Of a DNA stretch of 52,630 bases, positions 37,158 through 46,276 are shown piece by piece. The stretch's first letter is position 1. Every line of letters begins with the position of its first letter. Source of the stretch: an uncultured Clostridia bacterium (lineage in GTDB: Bacteria; Bacillota; Clostridia; Oscillospirales; CAG-272); assembly GCA_937893945.1 (NCBI GenBank), contig CALCTA010000087.1, forward strand, positions 1 through 52,630. The letters run 5' to 3'. Below the pieces are notes generated by a model, which was not told where the DNA came from, did not search any database, and worked only from the letters and a program-made list of their open reading frames with translations. The translations under genes were made by a program, and so were the position numbers.

Positions 37158-38183
37158 ATGAAGAAAAATCCTGCTATTAAATTTATATCTCTCCTGCTCA
37201 TCGCTATCTTCGTTCTCGGCACAGCCGTTTCCTGTACGGATAAAACAAAGAACGAGCCTTACGTAGTTCCCGAAAGAGTCAACTCCGACTCAACAATATA
37301 CACATCCGGGTATTATGAGTATTATCTCTACGAGGATGGCACCGCCGTTATACTCACCTATAAGGGCGAGGAGCTTGACGTAAACGTTCCTAACGAATTT
37401 GACGGTCATAAGGTAGTCGAGATCGCTCCTGCGGCATTCCAATACAACAGAGTTATCCAGAACGTAACGCTCGGTGATGATCTTGAGGTCATCGGAGAGG
37501 GTGCGTTCTACAGCTGTCGAGCGCTCAAGAGCATAAAGATCGGCCCTAAGGTAAGAAGCATCGGCCCCGGTACATTTGACGATACCGCCTACAACGAAAC
37601 TTTGACTGATGAGTTCGTAATAGTTGGCGACTCTCTGCTTCTCAAATATTGCGGAACAGATACGTCGGTAACTATCCCTGATAACGTAAAGCATATCGGC
37701 CCTGCATTCAATTCCAACGAAACTATCGTTGACGTTACTATGGGAGACAACGTGGTAACAGTAGGAAGCGGAGCGTTCGTCTTCAGCACGGTCAGACGCG
37801 TTACTATAGGAAATAACGTAGTTCTTATTGATACTTACGCATTCCAGGGCTGCGAGAAGCTCAGATACGTAAATATTCCCGACTCTGTAAAAAGAATTTC
37901 TTATTACGCTTTCTACGGCTGCACGAGCCTTAAGAATATCTCGCTCGGTAAGGGCGTGGAGACGATAGACGATTATGCCTTCTATCAGTGCTCTCAGATG
38001 AATTATATAAATCTCCCCAAAACGCTCAAGAAGATAGGAGACTTCGCATTCAAGGATTGCTATAAGCTCCTGTACGTATATTATGAGGGATCTGAGGCAG
38101 ATTACGAGGCACTCGGAATAACGGGAACTAACCATATCATTTCGGACGCGAAAAAGTTTTACAACTACAATTACGAGGGATAA
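37158..38183 (+). CDS. Lipoprotein with BspA-type leucine-rich repeats (paralogue of the preceding gene)
   Basis: Signal peptide MKKNPAIKFISLLLIAIFVLGTAVS|C, a slightly atypical lipobox. Same LRR_5-like periodicity (LEVIGEGAFYSCRALKSIKI, VKRISYYAFYGCTSLKNISL, LKKIGDFAFKDCYKLLYVYY). AAGGAGGG RBS. Confidence 0.8.
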   Translation: MKKNPAIKFISLLLIAIFVLGTAVSCTDKTKNEPYVVPERVNSDSTIYTSGYYEYYLYEDGTAVILTYKGEELDVNVPNEFDGHKVVEIAPAAFQYNRVIQNVTLGDDLEVIGEGAFYSCRALKSIKIGPKVRSIGPGTFDDTAYNETLTDEFVIVGDSLLLKYCGTDTSVTIPDNVKHIGPAFNSNETIVDVTMGDNVVTVGSGAFVFSTVRRVTIGNNVVLIDTYAFQGCEKLRYVNIPDSVKRISYYAFYGCTSLKNISLGKGVETIDDYAFYQCSQMNYINLPKTLKKIGDFAFKDCYKLLYVYYEGSEADYEALGITGTNHIISDAKKFYNYNYEG

Positions 38184-38186
38184 ATA

Positions 38187-39992
38187 ATGGAACCTAAACG
38201 CAAATTCGGCGGCGTTTTGCCGATAATTCTGTCAAGCGCGTTTATGGTGGCTATTTCGGTGCTGATGTTTATACTTTACAGCACTTCAAAATATCTGCCG
38301 TATCTTCTTGTCGCTTTGGCAGTAACTCTGTTCATCGGCGTAAATCTGCTCCTTTCATTACTTGGCATGCAGATACCGATGACAAAGCCTTGCAAAAAAC
38401 CTTGCGAGCAGGTCTCGGAAGGTGAGGATAGCGAAAACGCTAAAAAAAGCAAAAAGAAGCTTAAAGGACTTCTCAGTACTCTTGCATATGCGCTTAAAAT
38501 GGCGGCTTACGGCGTAGTATTCGCGTATAACAAGATATACAGAATACTTCAGCTCGTGCTTTTTGGCGGACTCTTTGTTTTTCTTGAAATATACTTTGGA
38601 ATGATGCTCAAGAGAATAACCTCTGTTTACGTTATCTCTCTCTGGCAGCCTGTCTTATTCATAGTCTTGCTCGTCCTTGCCGTAATCCTTGACAAATGGT
38701 GTAAGCATTTTGAGGACGCGAGCGAGCGCAGCAGAGCATTGCTCGGTAATCTCAGAGTATTTTTCTATCTTACAAAGCTGATCCTCATTCTCGTTTCGGT
38801 ATCAAGCGCTATAAAGCTCCTTAACTTCGGTGAGATACAGAAGTACATCGCGTATATAATCACGGCTATATATTACTACGCCTCCGCGATGATACTTGTT
38901 TCGGTTGCGGTCAACGTTATCCGCAGAGAGCTTTCCACACGTCCTAAGATAACTATTCCGTTGCCGTTCGCAAGCGGCGACACCAAGGAATTCGGAGTTA
39001 TATCTTTCCTTGAAAAAAACACGGGTATCACGATGCGTGGACTATGGAGCATGCGCCTTATCAAGAACGTCGTACCTTATTCGGTTATAGTAGTAATTTT
39101 GCTGTTTTGGATATCTACGGGAATAGTTCAGGTAGAATCCTACCAGGAAGGCGCGGTATATCGCTTAGGCAAGCTTACAGATGATACGCTCGAGCCCGGA
39201 ATTCATATGACGCTTCCGTATCCGATAGATAAAGTAGAGCTTTATGACACTGAAACTGTCAATAAGATGACTATAGGATACGCCGCAAAGGAAGATACAG
39301 ACAATTTATGGACGGGTACACACGGAACTAACGAGCATAAGCTTTTGCTTGGTAACGGAAACGAGCTGGTCTCGCTTAACTTAAGACTTGAATACAGGAT
39401 AAGCGATCTTCAAAAGTACCTTCGCACATCCTCGAATCCCGCTTCTATCCTTGAATCTCAGGCATATGCGCTTATAACCGACAGAATCATATCCACCAAT
39501 CTTGAAACGCTTCTTTCGGTTGACAGAGATGCCTTTACCGAAAGCTATACAAACGAGCTTAAGGCGAGATTTGCTGAATACGACGTGGGACTTGAGATAG
39601 TCAGCGTGGTGCTTGAAAGCATTCACCCGCCGCTTGATATCGCTGCTATATACCAAAAGGTAATAAGCGCGGAAATAGAGGCAGAGGAAATGATAACCCG
39701 CGCACAGTCTAAGGCAAACGTAAAGATAACAGCAGCCGAGGCAGAGAAGGAAGCGAGCATAAACGCGGCTAACGCTGAGTATTATCGCAAGAAAGCAACC
39801 GCGGTTGCTGACGTAGCTGAATTCAATGCAAGCGTAGAGGCGGCAAACGGTAACCCCGATGCTTATCATTACTATAAGTATCTTAACGCTATGGCGCAGG
39901 CTTACGGAAAAGCAAAGCTTGTTATAGTCGGAGAGGGCGTTGACAGCTCCAAGATATTCTTTGGAAATCTTGGCAACGTCGTTTTAAATTAA
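38187..39992 (+). CDS. Polytopic membrane domain (about 8 TM) fused to an HflK-like SPFH/Band-7 domain
   Basis: 601 aa. Residues 1-320 are hydrophobic, with a charged loop KPCKKPCEQVSEGEDSENAKKSKKK. The rest is SPFH core (EGAVYRLGKL...EPGIHMTLPYPIDKVELYD) plus an Ala/Glu-rich coiled-coil C-terminus ending YYKYLNAMAQAY..KLVIV. Confidence 0.75.
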   Translation: MEPKRKFGGVLPIILSSAFMVAISVLMFILYSTSKYLPYLLVALAVTLFIGVNLLLSLLGMQIPMTKPCKKPCEQVSEGEDSENAKKSKKKLKGLLSTLAYALKMAAYGVVFAYNKIYRILQLVLFGGLFVFLEIYFGMMLKRITSVYVISLWQPVLFIVLLVLAVILDKWCKHFEDASERSRALLGNLRVFFYLTKLILILVSVSSAIKLLNFGEIQKYIAYIITAIYYYASAMILVSVAVNVIRRELSTRPKITIPLPFASGDTKEFGVISFLEKNTGITMRGLWSMRLIKNVVPYSVIVVILLFWISTGIVQVESYQEGAVYRLGKLTDDTLEPGIHMTLPYPIDKVELYDTETVNKMTIGYAAKEDTDNLWTGTHGTNEHKLLLGNGNELVSLNLRLEYRISDLQKYLRTSSNPASILESQAYALITDRIISTNLETLLSVDRDAFTESYTNELKARFAEYDVGLEIVSVVLESIHPPLDIAAIYQKVISAEIEAEEMITRAQSKANVKITAAEAEKEASINAANAEYYRKKATAVADVAEFNASVEAANGNPDAYHYYKYLNAMAQAYGKAKLVIVGEGVDSSKIFFGNLGNVVLN

Positions 39993-40004
39993 GAGGACGA
40001 AAAA

Positions 40005-41120
40005 ATGAAAAAAGAAAAAATAACCGATATAAATGAAAACACAACCGCTATAAAGGCAAAGAAAAAAGAGAAGAAGAGTGAGGGAAGCGTATCCTTTCTT
40101 ATTCTCAAGATAGCTATTGCGCTTATAGTTGCTCTTGTCGTAGTGTATTTTGGATTTACCTGCGAGGTAAGAGAAAGTAACGCCGCTATTATTCTTCGCT
40201 TCGGCGCGCCCAGAGCGGAAATAACCGAGGCAGGACTTTACTTCAAGCTTCCTTGGCCGTTTGAGACTGTAGTTACTTACGATAACCGAGTTCAGTATCT
40301 CGAATCCAACAATCACGAAACTACCACTATGGATAAGAAGAATATTATCCTTCAGTCCTATGCGGTATGGCAGATCAAGGATCCTCTCGTTTATCACAAT
40401 TCTGTAGGAAACACCGGAACGGTTGATTCTTATATTAAAGACCAGATCAAGAACGCTACTAATAGCGTAATGGGTACTTATAATCTTTCGGATCTTATAT
40501 CGTCTGAAAACGAAGATCTTAAGACGGAAGAGATACAGCAGAAGATTTTTGAGCTTGTAAAGGCTACCTGCGAAGCAAATTACGGTATCTCTATAGTTGA
40601 CGTAAGCATTCTTCGTATATCCTATCCCGACGCTAACCTTCAGGCTATTTTTGCTAATATCAGCGCAGAGCGTCAAGGCGTTATTGACAAGATAATCGCA
40701 GACGCCGAGGCTAAGGTAAGCGACATAACCTCGTCCGCAGACGCTGAGGCAGAGAAGATAAAGGGAGAGGGAATAACCAAGGCGGCTGAGATCAGAGCTC
40801 AGGCTGAAAAAGAGGTTGCGAACATATACGCTAACGCGCAGACAGCAAATATAGAGCTCTATAAGTTCTTGAAGGAGCTGGATACTATCGTTAACTCTGT
40901 AAACGACGGAACAGTTCTCGTTGTAGATTCGGAGTCTTATCCCTTTAATATTCTTCTTGAATACGGCTCGTCGGTAGATAATAGCTCTGACGATAAGGTC
41001 GTAGAGGATCTTACTTACATTCTCGCTACGTTGAGAGCTGAAGGAAAGAGCAAGGAGGCAGAGGATCTCGTTAACGCGATCAATGCACTTATCATTTCCT
41101 ACAGTAAAGGAGAGTCCTGA
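40005..41120 (+). CDS. HflC-like SPFH/Band-7 membrane protein
   Basis: 371 aa. One N-terminal TM helix. SPFH core (ESNAAIILRFGAP...AGLYFKLPWPFETVVTYD). Coiled coil and ELYKFLKELDTI C-terminal motif typical of HflC-type proteins. Confidence 0.75.
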   Translation: MKKEKITDINENTTAIKAKKKEKKSEGSVSFLILKIAIALIVALVVVYFGFTCEVRESNAAIILRFGAPRAEITEAGLYFKLPWPFETVVTYDNRVQYLESNNHETTTMDKKNIILQSYAVWQIKDPLVYHNSVGNTGTVDSYIKDQIKNATNSVMGTYNLSDLISSENEDLKTEEIQQKIFELVKATCEANYGISIVDVSILRISYPDANLQAIFANISAERQGVIDKIIADAEAKVSDITSSADAEAEKIKGEGITKAAEIRAQAEKEVANIYANAQTANIELYKFLKELDTIVNSVNDGTVLVVDSESYPFNILLEYGSSVDNSSDDKVVEDLTYILATLRAEGKSKEAEDLVNAINALIISYSKGES

Positions 41121-42061
41121 TGAAAAAGAAGAACGCAATATTTGAAGACGTACTATCCACGGTAACGAAATATTTTATAGTTCTCGTGGTGGTTGTAGTT
41201 CTTTTTATATGCTTCTCAGGTGTCCGCTTCGTAAAGAGCGGAGAGGTTGCTATAGTGCTCAGATTTGGAAAGCTCGTAGGAGACACGCGAGATGAGCAGA
41301 TACACGAGCCGGGCATTCTCTTTGCTTTCCCGTATATAATAGACGAGGTGGTTACCGTCCCCACGGAGACGGTAATGGAAAGAACCGTTACAACACATTA
41401 TACAGAGGGTAATATGACCACCCTTCGCAATAACGGCTACGTTATTACAGGAGACAGTAATATTGCCGTTATGAAGGTGTCTGTAAAATATACTATTTCC
41501 GACCCTGTGGCATATGCATTGAACGTAAACAGCATTGAAAGTATTATAGACGCATCGGTCAGCAACGCCATGCTTGAAAAGGCGGCTTGCACAAAATTTG
41601 ACGATATTCTCACAACGGGAAAAGAGGAATATAGCACTTCTGTCAGAAGTATGGCTCAGAGCAATCTGAACAACTATAATGCAGGTATTACTCTTAACAC
41701 GGTAGAGCTTACTGCCGTCGCCGCTCCCGAGGAAGTAAGAAGTATTTACGAGCAGGTAAATACCGCTTCTGTAGAGGCGGAAAAAATGCTTAAGGAAGCA
41801 AATCAGTACCGCGATAACCTGCTTATCAAGGCTCAGGCAGAGGCTAATTCTACAGTCTCTGCGGCAAGCAGCGCAAAATCTCAGGCGGTATCATCCGCAA
41901 ACGCCGATCTTGCAAGCTTCTGGGGAATGCTCGAGGAATACGAGGCTAACCCCGAGGTAGTTACAACAAGAGTGTATAGCGAGAAGTTCTCGACTGCTAT
42001 CTCAAAAATAGGTAAGATCTACGTCGTCAAGGATGGAGATAATACTATTATAATAAACTAA
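41120..42061 (+). CDS. HflK-like SPFH/Band-7 membrane protein
   Basis: 313 aa. One N-terminal TM helix. SPFH core (SGEVAIVLRFGKL...EPGILFAFPYIIDEVVTV) and an Ala/Ser-rich coiled coil. Its start overlaps the previous stop (TGATGA). Confidence 0.75.
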   Translation: MKKKNAIFEDVLSTVTKYFIVLVVVVVLFICFSGVRFVKSGEVAIVLRFGKLVGDTRDEQIHEPGILFAFPYIIDEVVTVPTETVMERTVTTHYTEGNMTTLRNNGYVITGDSNIAVMKVSVKYTISDPVAYALNVNSIESIIDASVSNAMLEKAACTKFDDILTTGKEEYSTSVRSMAQSNLNNYNAGITLNTVELTAVAAPEEVRSIYEQVNTASVEAEKMLKEANQYRDNLLIKAQAEANSTVSAASSAKSQAVSSANADLASFWGMLEEYEANPEVVTTRVYSEKFSTAISKIGKIYVVKDGDNTIIIN

Positions 42062-42070
42062 GGAGGCTGT

Positions 42071-43969
42071 ATGGAAAACTTAGATAACATAGCAAAAAGC
42101 AGCCTCGAAGCTCTGTCAAAGGACAATCTTACTGTAAAGGGCAAAAAGAAGCTCAGACGAGAGATCATCAGCGGCGCAATAGCGCTTTCCTGCCTTGCTG
42201 TAGGTCTTATTTACAGTTGGGTATTTCCCGGCAAGACAGTCGTTCCCGCGCTTCTTTATACGGTTGGCTTTCTGATAGAGGGCATTCCTGTATTCTGGGC
42301 GGCTCTCAAAGGCATCTTCTCCAAGAACCTTTCAAACGCCATGGAAATGCTCGTGGCTATCGCTATATTCGCCTGCTATTTTTCAGGCGACCTCATTCTT
42401 GCGGTTCTTATACCGCTTATACTCAACATCGCGCATCTTCTTGAGGAAAGAAGCATTATGGGCGGACGAGACGTTATTGACGGTCTTCGCCGCATGCAGC
42501 AGAACACCGCTATTCTTTTAGACGGTGAGGAAGAGAAGGTGGTTGACGCGAGATCTCTTAAGATAGGTCAGAAAATACTTATCAAGCCCGGTGTGGGTAT
42601 TCCGATCGACGGAATCGTACTCAGCGGAGAGACAAATATAGACCAGAAATCGCTTACCGGTGAGCCTCAGCCTGCGCATGTGCAGACGGGCGACAACGTG
42701 TATGCGGGAACAGTCAATATTGACGGTAGAATAGTCGTTGAAGTAAAAAAGGAATTCGTTGATACCTCCTTTTCAAACATTCTCGCACTTCTTGAAAAAT
42801 CCGAAAGCATTTCTGTCCCTGAATCGCGTATCATCGACCGCTTTATGAAATACTACATACCTCTTATTCTTGCTATTGCCGCGGCTGTTGCTCTTATCAC
42901 GTCTGATATCAACAAGGCTATAGCTATACTCGTGGTTTCTTGTCCTTGCGGACAGATGCTCGTAAGCTCCGCGCCTATGATAGCAGCTCTCTCGGCAGCA
43001 ACCAAGAGAGGTATCCTCATAAAGAACTCTAAGTTTATCGAAGAGCTTACCGAGATAGATGCCGTAGTCTTTGATAAGACGGGTACAGTTACCGTCGGCG
43101 ACCTATCCTTAACAGAAATATGCCCCGCAGAGAACGCAAGCGAGGATGAACTTCTTGTGGCGGCTGCTACAGTTGCGAGTGCTTCAACTCACCCCATTTC
43201 AAGAGCCTTGATGAACTCTGTTTCTGAGCTTGCATACGAAAAGGATTACTCAGTTAAGGAGCTTTCAGGCAAGGGAATGGAGGGTATCTCACCCGACAAA
43301 AAGCATACTATCCTCTTTGGCAATGCCGATTGGCTGCGCTCTCTCGGATTTGAGGTCGAAGAGCCTGAAGGACTTGCGGGCTCTGTAAGCTTTGTAGTAT
43401 CCGACGGCAAGGTGCTTGGATGTCTTTCCTTTAACGATACCGTCAGAGAAGAAGCCAAGGCAGGCATCGACACACTTCGTACAATGGGAATCGAAAAAGC
43501 CGTTATGCTCACAGGAGACAGAAGAGAAGCCGCAGAGCGAATTTGTGCTCAGGTGGGAATAGATACCCTTGAGGCTCAGCTTCTCCCCGAGGATAAGCTT
43601 GCGTCCCTCAAGAAGCTAAAGGAAAATAATTACGTGCTTGCAGTAGGCGACGGTATTAACGATGCTCTCGCGCTCAAGGAAGCTCACGTTGGTATCGCAA
43701 TGGGTGCGATGGGCTCGGATCTTGCAATAGAATCCGCGGATATCGCGCTTATGAATAACAACCTTATGAACATTCCTTTTGCAATTAAGCTTGCAAGAAA
43801 AACGAGGAATATCGTTTATCAAAACCTTGCACTTTCTATAGGTATCAGCGCCCTGATGATAGGACTTTCCGCGTTTGGCGTTATCAGCGCACTCGCAGGC
43901 TCTGTTCTCCACAACCTCGGAGCTTTCGTAGTCCTCATTAACAGCTCGCGAATTCTCAAAACAGAGTAA
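42071..43969 (+). CDS. P1B-type (heavy-metal) P-type ATPase without an N-terminal metal-binding domain
   Basis: 632 aa. TGEP (SLTGEPQP), transmembrane CPC (VSCPCGQ), DKTGT, GDGINDA. No CxxC/HMA or His-rich N-terminus. The last TM carries HNLGAFVVLINSSR. Confidence 0.85.
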   Translation: MENLDNIAKSSLEALSKDNLTVKGKKKLRREIISGAIALSCLAVGLIYSWVFPGKTVVPALLYTVGFLIEGIPVFWAALKGIFSKNLSNAMEMLVAIAIFACYFSGDLILAVLIPLILNIAHLLEERSIMGGRDVIDGLRRMQQNTAILLDGEEEKVVDARSLKIGQKILIKPGVGIPIDGIVLSGETNIDQKSLTGEPQPAHVQTGDNVYAGTVNIDGRIVVEVKKEFVDTSFSNILALLEKSESISVPESRIIDRFMKYYIPLILAIAAAVALITSDINKAIAILVVSCPCGQMLVSSAPMIAALSAATKRGILIKNSKFIEELTEIDAVVFDKTGTVTVGDLSLTEICPAENASEDELLVAAATVASASTHPISRALMNSVSELAYEKDYSVKELSGKGMEGISPDKKHTILFGNADWLRSLGFEVEEPEGLAGSVSFVVSDGKVLGCLSFNDTVREEAKAGIDTLRTMGIEKAVMLTGDRREAAERICAQVGIDTLEAQLLPEDKLASLKKLKENNYVLAVGDGINDALALKEAHVGIAMGAMGSDLAIESADIALMNNNLMNIPFAIKLARKTRNIVYQNLALSIGISALMIGLSAFGVISALAGSVLHNLGAFVVLINSSRILKTE

Positions 43970-43990
43970 AGCACTTATAAACGTAAAAAA

Positions 43991-44011
43991 AGCCCCGACA
44001 AAGTCGGGGCT
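43991..44011. terminator. Bidirectional intrinsic terminator
   Basis: AGCCCCGAC-AAA-GTCGGGGCT flanked by an A-run and a T-rich tract, between the ATPase and purC stops. Confidence 0.8.
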
Positions 44012-44029
44012 TTCAGTATTTTTATACAA

Positions 44030-44713
44030 TTATCTGTTAAGGATAAGCTTTGTAAGCTCAACGGGAGAAACGATAACGCCGTCCTTGTAAACACGCATGT
44101 TACCCGAAGCGATCTCGTCGATGAGAATTACTTCGCCGTTGTTGTAGCCGAACTCAAACTTGATATCCCAAAGATCAAGACCGATGGACTTAAGATCGTC
44201 AGCAACAATCTTTGTGATCTTAAGAGTCTGTGCCTTCATGCTCTCAAAGAGCTCGGGGGACATAACGCCAAGAGCCGCAAGACCTTCGCTTGTTACGAGC
44301 GGATCGCCCTTTTCGTCATTCTTGAAGGTACACTCAACGTAGCCGCCCTCAAGAACGGTTCCGTCTGCGATATATTCACCGTATCTGCGGATGAAACTTC
44401 CTGTAGCAACTAAACGGCAGATTACTTCAAGACCATGTCCGAATACTTTTCCCGGAAGAACTTCCATGGTAGCCTCTTCAACGTTTGCGCTTACGTAGTG
44501 AGTCTTTACGCCAGCTTGCTTAAGAAGCTCAAAGTAGTAGATAGAGGTCTTGAGATTTTCCTTTCCTATACCGTCTATCTTGAGTCCTACTGTATTCTCG
44601 CCGGGATCAAAAACTCCGTCCTTACCCGTGCAATCATCCTTGAACTTCAAAAGAACGTTGCCGTTTTCGAGAGAATATACATCTTTTGTTTTACCTTCGT
44701 AGATCTTTTTCAT
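44030..44713 (-). CDS. purC: Phosphoribosylaminoimidazole-succinocarboxamide (SAICAR) synthase
   Basis: 227 aa. [14 protein letters not shown]-terminus and overall PurC pattern. Confidence 0.9.
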   Translation of the reverse strand: MKKIYEGKTKDVYSLENGNVLLKFKDDCTGKDGVFDPGENTVGLKIDGIGKENLKTSIYYFELLKQAGVKTHYVSANVEEATMEVLPGKVFGHGLEVICRLVATGSFIRRYGEYIADGTVLEGGYVECTFKNDEKGDPLVTSEGLAALGVMSPELFESMKAQTLKITKIVADDLKSIGLDLWDIKFEFGYNNGEVILIDEIASGNMRVYKDGVIVSPVELTKLILNR

Positions 44714-44848
44714 AAAAATACTCCTACTTTATAAAAATTTAAGAACACAGTTATTTTAACATAAAAAATTGATTTTGTATATAATTTTCAAAAAAAAAAT
44801 TCAAAAAACAGAAATTTTTTTACAGAGATCAATTTTTCTACTTTTGAC

Positions 44849-44877
44849 TTGACATATTTTGTTTAATATGCTATATT
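44849..44877 (+). promoter_or_regulatory. Sigma-70-type promoter with extended -10 for alr
   Basis: TTGACA (44849-44854)-17 nt-TATATT (44872-44877), preceded by TGc. Confidence 0.6.
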
Positions 44878-44913
44878 TTTAAGTGTAAATAGCTTTATTC
44901 GGAGCAGAAAGAA

Positions 44914-46071
44914 GTGAGCGATATCAGAAATTTAAAAAGCAGAACGTGGGCTGAGGTTGACCTTGACTGCGTTGAATATAATTACAGGGCGCAAGCCGAA
45001 ATGTATAAAGGAAAGGCAAGGATCTGTTGCGTTGTTAAGGCGAATGCCTACGGGCACGGAGCCGACGTGATTTCAAGAATACTTGAGGATCTGGGCGCTG
45101 ACTTTTTTGCGGTCGCTGATATAGATGAAGCGATCCGTCTCAGAGATGCTGGGATAAAATCTTCTATACTGATCCTCGGCTACACGCCTCCCGAAAACGC
45201 TAAACTACTTGCGGAAAAAGAAATCTCTCAGTGCGTATATTCTTATGAATACGCTAAGCAGCTTGCACACGAGGCAACTCTCGCGGGCGTTCGTATTCGT
45301 GTGCATTTTAAGATAGATACGGGCATGGGAAGAATAGGATTTGTTTTCCGTCATTCCAAAGACGAATCGCTTTCCGAGCTTCTCAAGGCGTGCGCACTTG
45401 AGCCCTTTATTCATGAAGGAATATTCACTCATTTTCCCTCATCCGATCTCCTCGACAGCGGAGAAGAGTTCACAAAACAGCAATTTGACCGCTTCTGCGA
45501 GGTTGTTGAACAGCTTGAACAAAACCTATATACCTTTGAAATAAAGCATTGTTCAAATAGTGCGGCAGCTCTTTACGATCCGCAATATGCGCTTGACATG
45601 GTGCGCATCGGATTGCTTTTGTTTGGTGCGCTACCGTCGGCAGAACGAGCAAGTGAATTTACACCCAAGCAAACCATGACGCTTAAAACCGTCATATCAA
45701 ACGTTAAAACAGTAAAGGCGGGTGATTCTATAGGCTATGGATGCGAGTATATCGCAAAGAGCGATATGAAGATAGCGACTGTATCTATAGGATATGCTGA
45801 CGGTTTTCTGCGCACAAGCTATCCTAATGGCATTAAGCTTACGGTAGGCGGTAAGGAGTGTGCCTTGGTAGGAAGGGTTTGTATGGATCAGTCTATGATA
45901 GACGTAACAGACGTTGAGAACGTCGGTATCGGAGACGAGGTCATCGTATTTGGAAATGGTGGCTGTAACAGTCTGTTTGATTTTGCCCTGAAGAGCGGAA
46001 CGGTTCCTCACGAGGCGCTTTGCCTTGTAGGAGCAAGAGTGCCAAGAGTATATGTACGGAGCAATAGCTGA
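44914..46071 (+). CDS. alr: Alanine racemase
   Basis: 385 aa. PLP-lysine motif VVKANAYGHG. TWAEVDL near the N-terminus. GTG start with a GGAG RBS 9 nt upstream. Confidence 0.9.
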   Translation: MSDIRNLKSRTWAEVDLDCVEYNYRAQAEMYKGKARICCVVKANAYGHGADVISRILEDLGADFFAVADIDEAIRLRDAGIKSSILILGYTPPENAKLLAEKEISQCVYSYEYAKQLAHEATLAGVRIRVHFKIDTGMGRIGFVFRHSKDESLSELLKACALEPFIHEGIFTHFPSSDLLDSGEEFTKQQFDRFCEVVEQLEQNLYTFEIKHCSNSAAALYDPQYALDMVRIGLLLFGALPSAERASEFTPKQTMTLKTVISNVKTVKAGDSIGYGCEYIAKSDMKIATVSIGYADGFLRTSYPNGIKLTVGGKECALVGRVCMDQSMIDVTDVENVGIGDEVIVFGNGGCNSLFDFALKSGTVPHEALCLVGARVPRVYVRSNS

Positions 46072-46144
46072 ATATTTGTGTAAAAGCACGAATAATAAGT
46101 CGCTTATTTTGTAAAAATTTTATCTTTAATAGGCGTTTTTTATG

Positions 46145-46173
46145 TTGACTTTTAATAGGCAGTATGGTATAAT
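46145..46173 (+). promoter_or_regulatory. Consensus sigma-70 promoter with extended -10 for the pur operon leader
   Basis: TTGACT (46145-46150)-17 nt-TATAAT (46168-46173), preceded by TGg. Confidence 0.7.
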
Positions 46174-46203
46174 TATTTTGTTGGATTTATATCCTTTTTA
46201 AGA

Positions 46204-46276
46204 CTTTTTGTAACCGGCGGATTTAGTGGAAAAAACCACAGTGGGAGCAAGAAGTAATATGCCGACCGCCTGGGCA
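46204..46276 (+). promoter_or_regulatory. ZTP riboswitch aptamer (pfl motif)
   Basis: P1 pairs CTTTTTG (46204-46210) with CAAGAAG (46248-46254). The conserved core ACCGGCGGA-(GTGG-loop-CCAC)-GTGGGAGC is followed by a short linker and the second sub-domain ATGCCGACCGCCTGGGCA. GGCGG and CCGCC can form the pseudoknot. It closely resembles known ZTP aptamers as I recall them. Confidence 0.85.

Noticed and set aside
39984-41138. A 384-aa ORF on the minus strand, exactly antisense to the HflC-like SPFH gene. Similar long antisense ORFs occur at 49596-50954 (452 aa), 16589-17626 (345 aa), 37290-38135 (281 aa), 51357-52136 and 52146-52628.
   Set aside because: - Each is fully contained in, or shadows, a sense gene with clear family motifs.
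- Their translations are Arg/Ser/Leu/Cys/Tyr-rich junk with no RBS or recognisable domains.
- Long stop-free antisense frames are an expected by-product of the codon bias here.
44714-44913. I looked for a purine riboswitch, T-box or PurBox upstream of purC in the 200-bp AT-rich divergent region.
   Set aside because: I found no conserved riboswitch core or structured GC-containing leader. The region contains only A/T tracts and plausible sigma-70 promoters for purC and alr.
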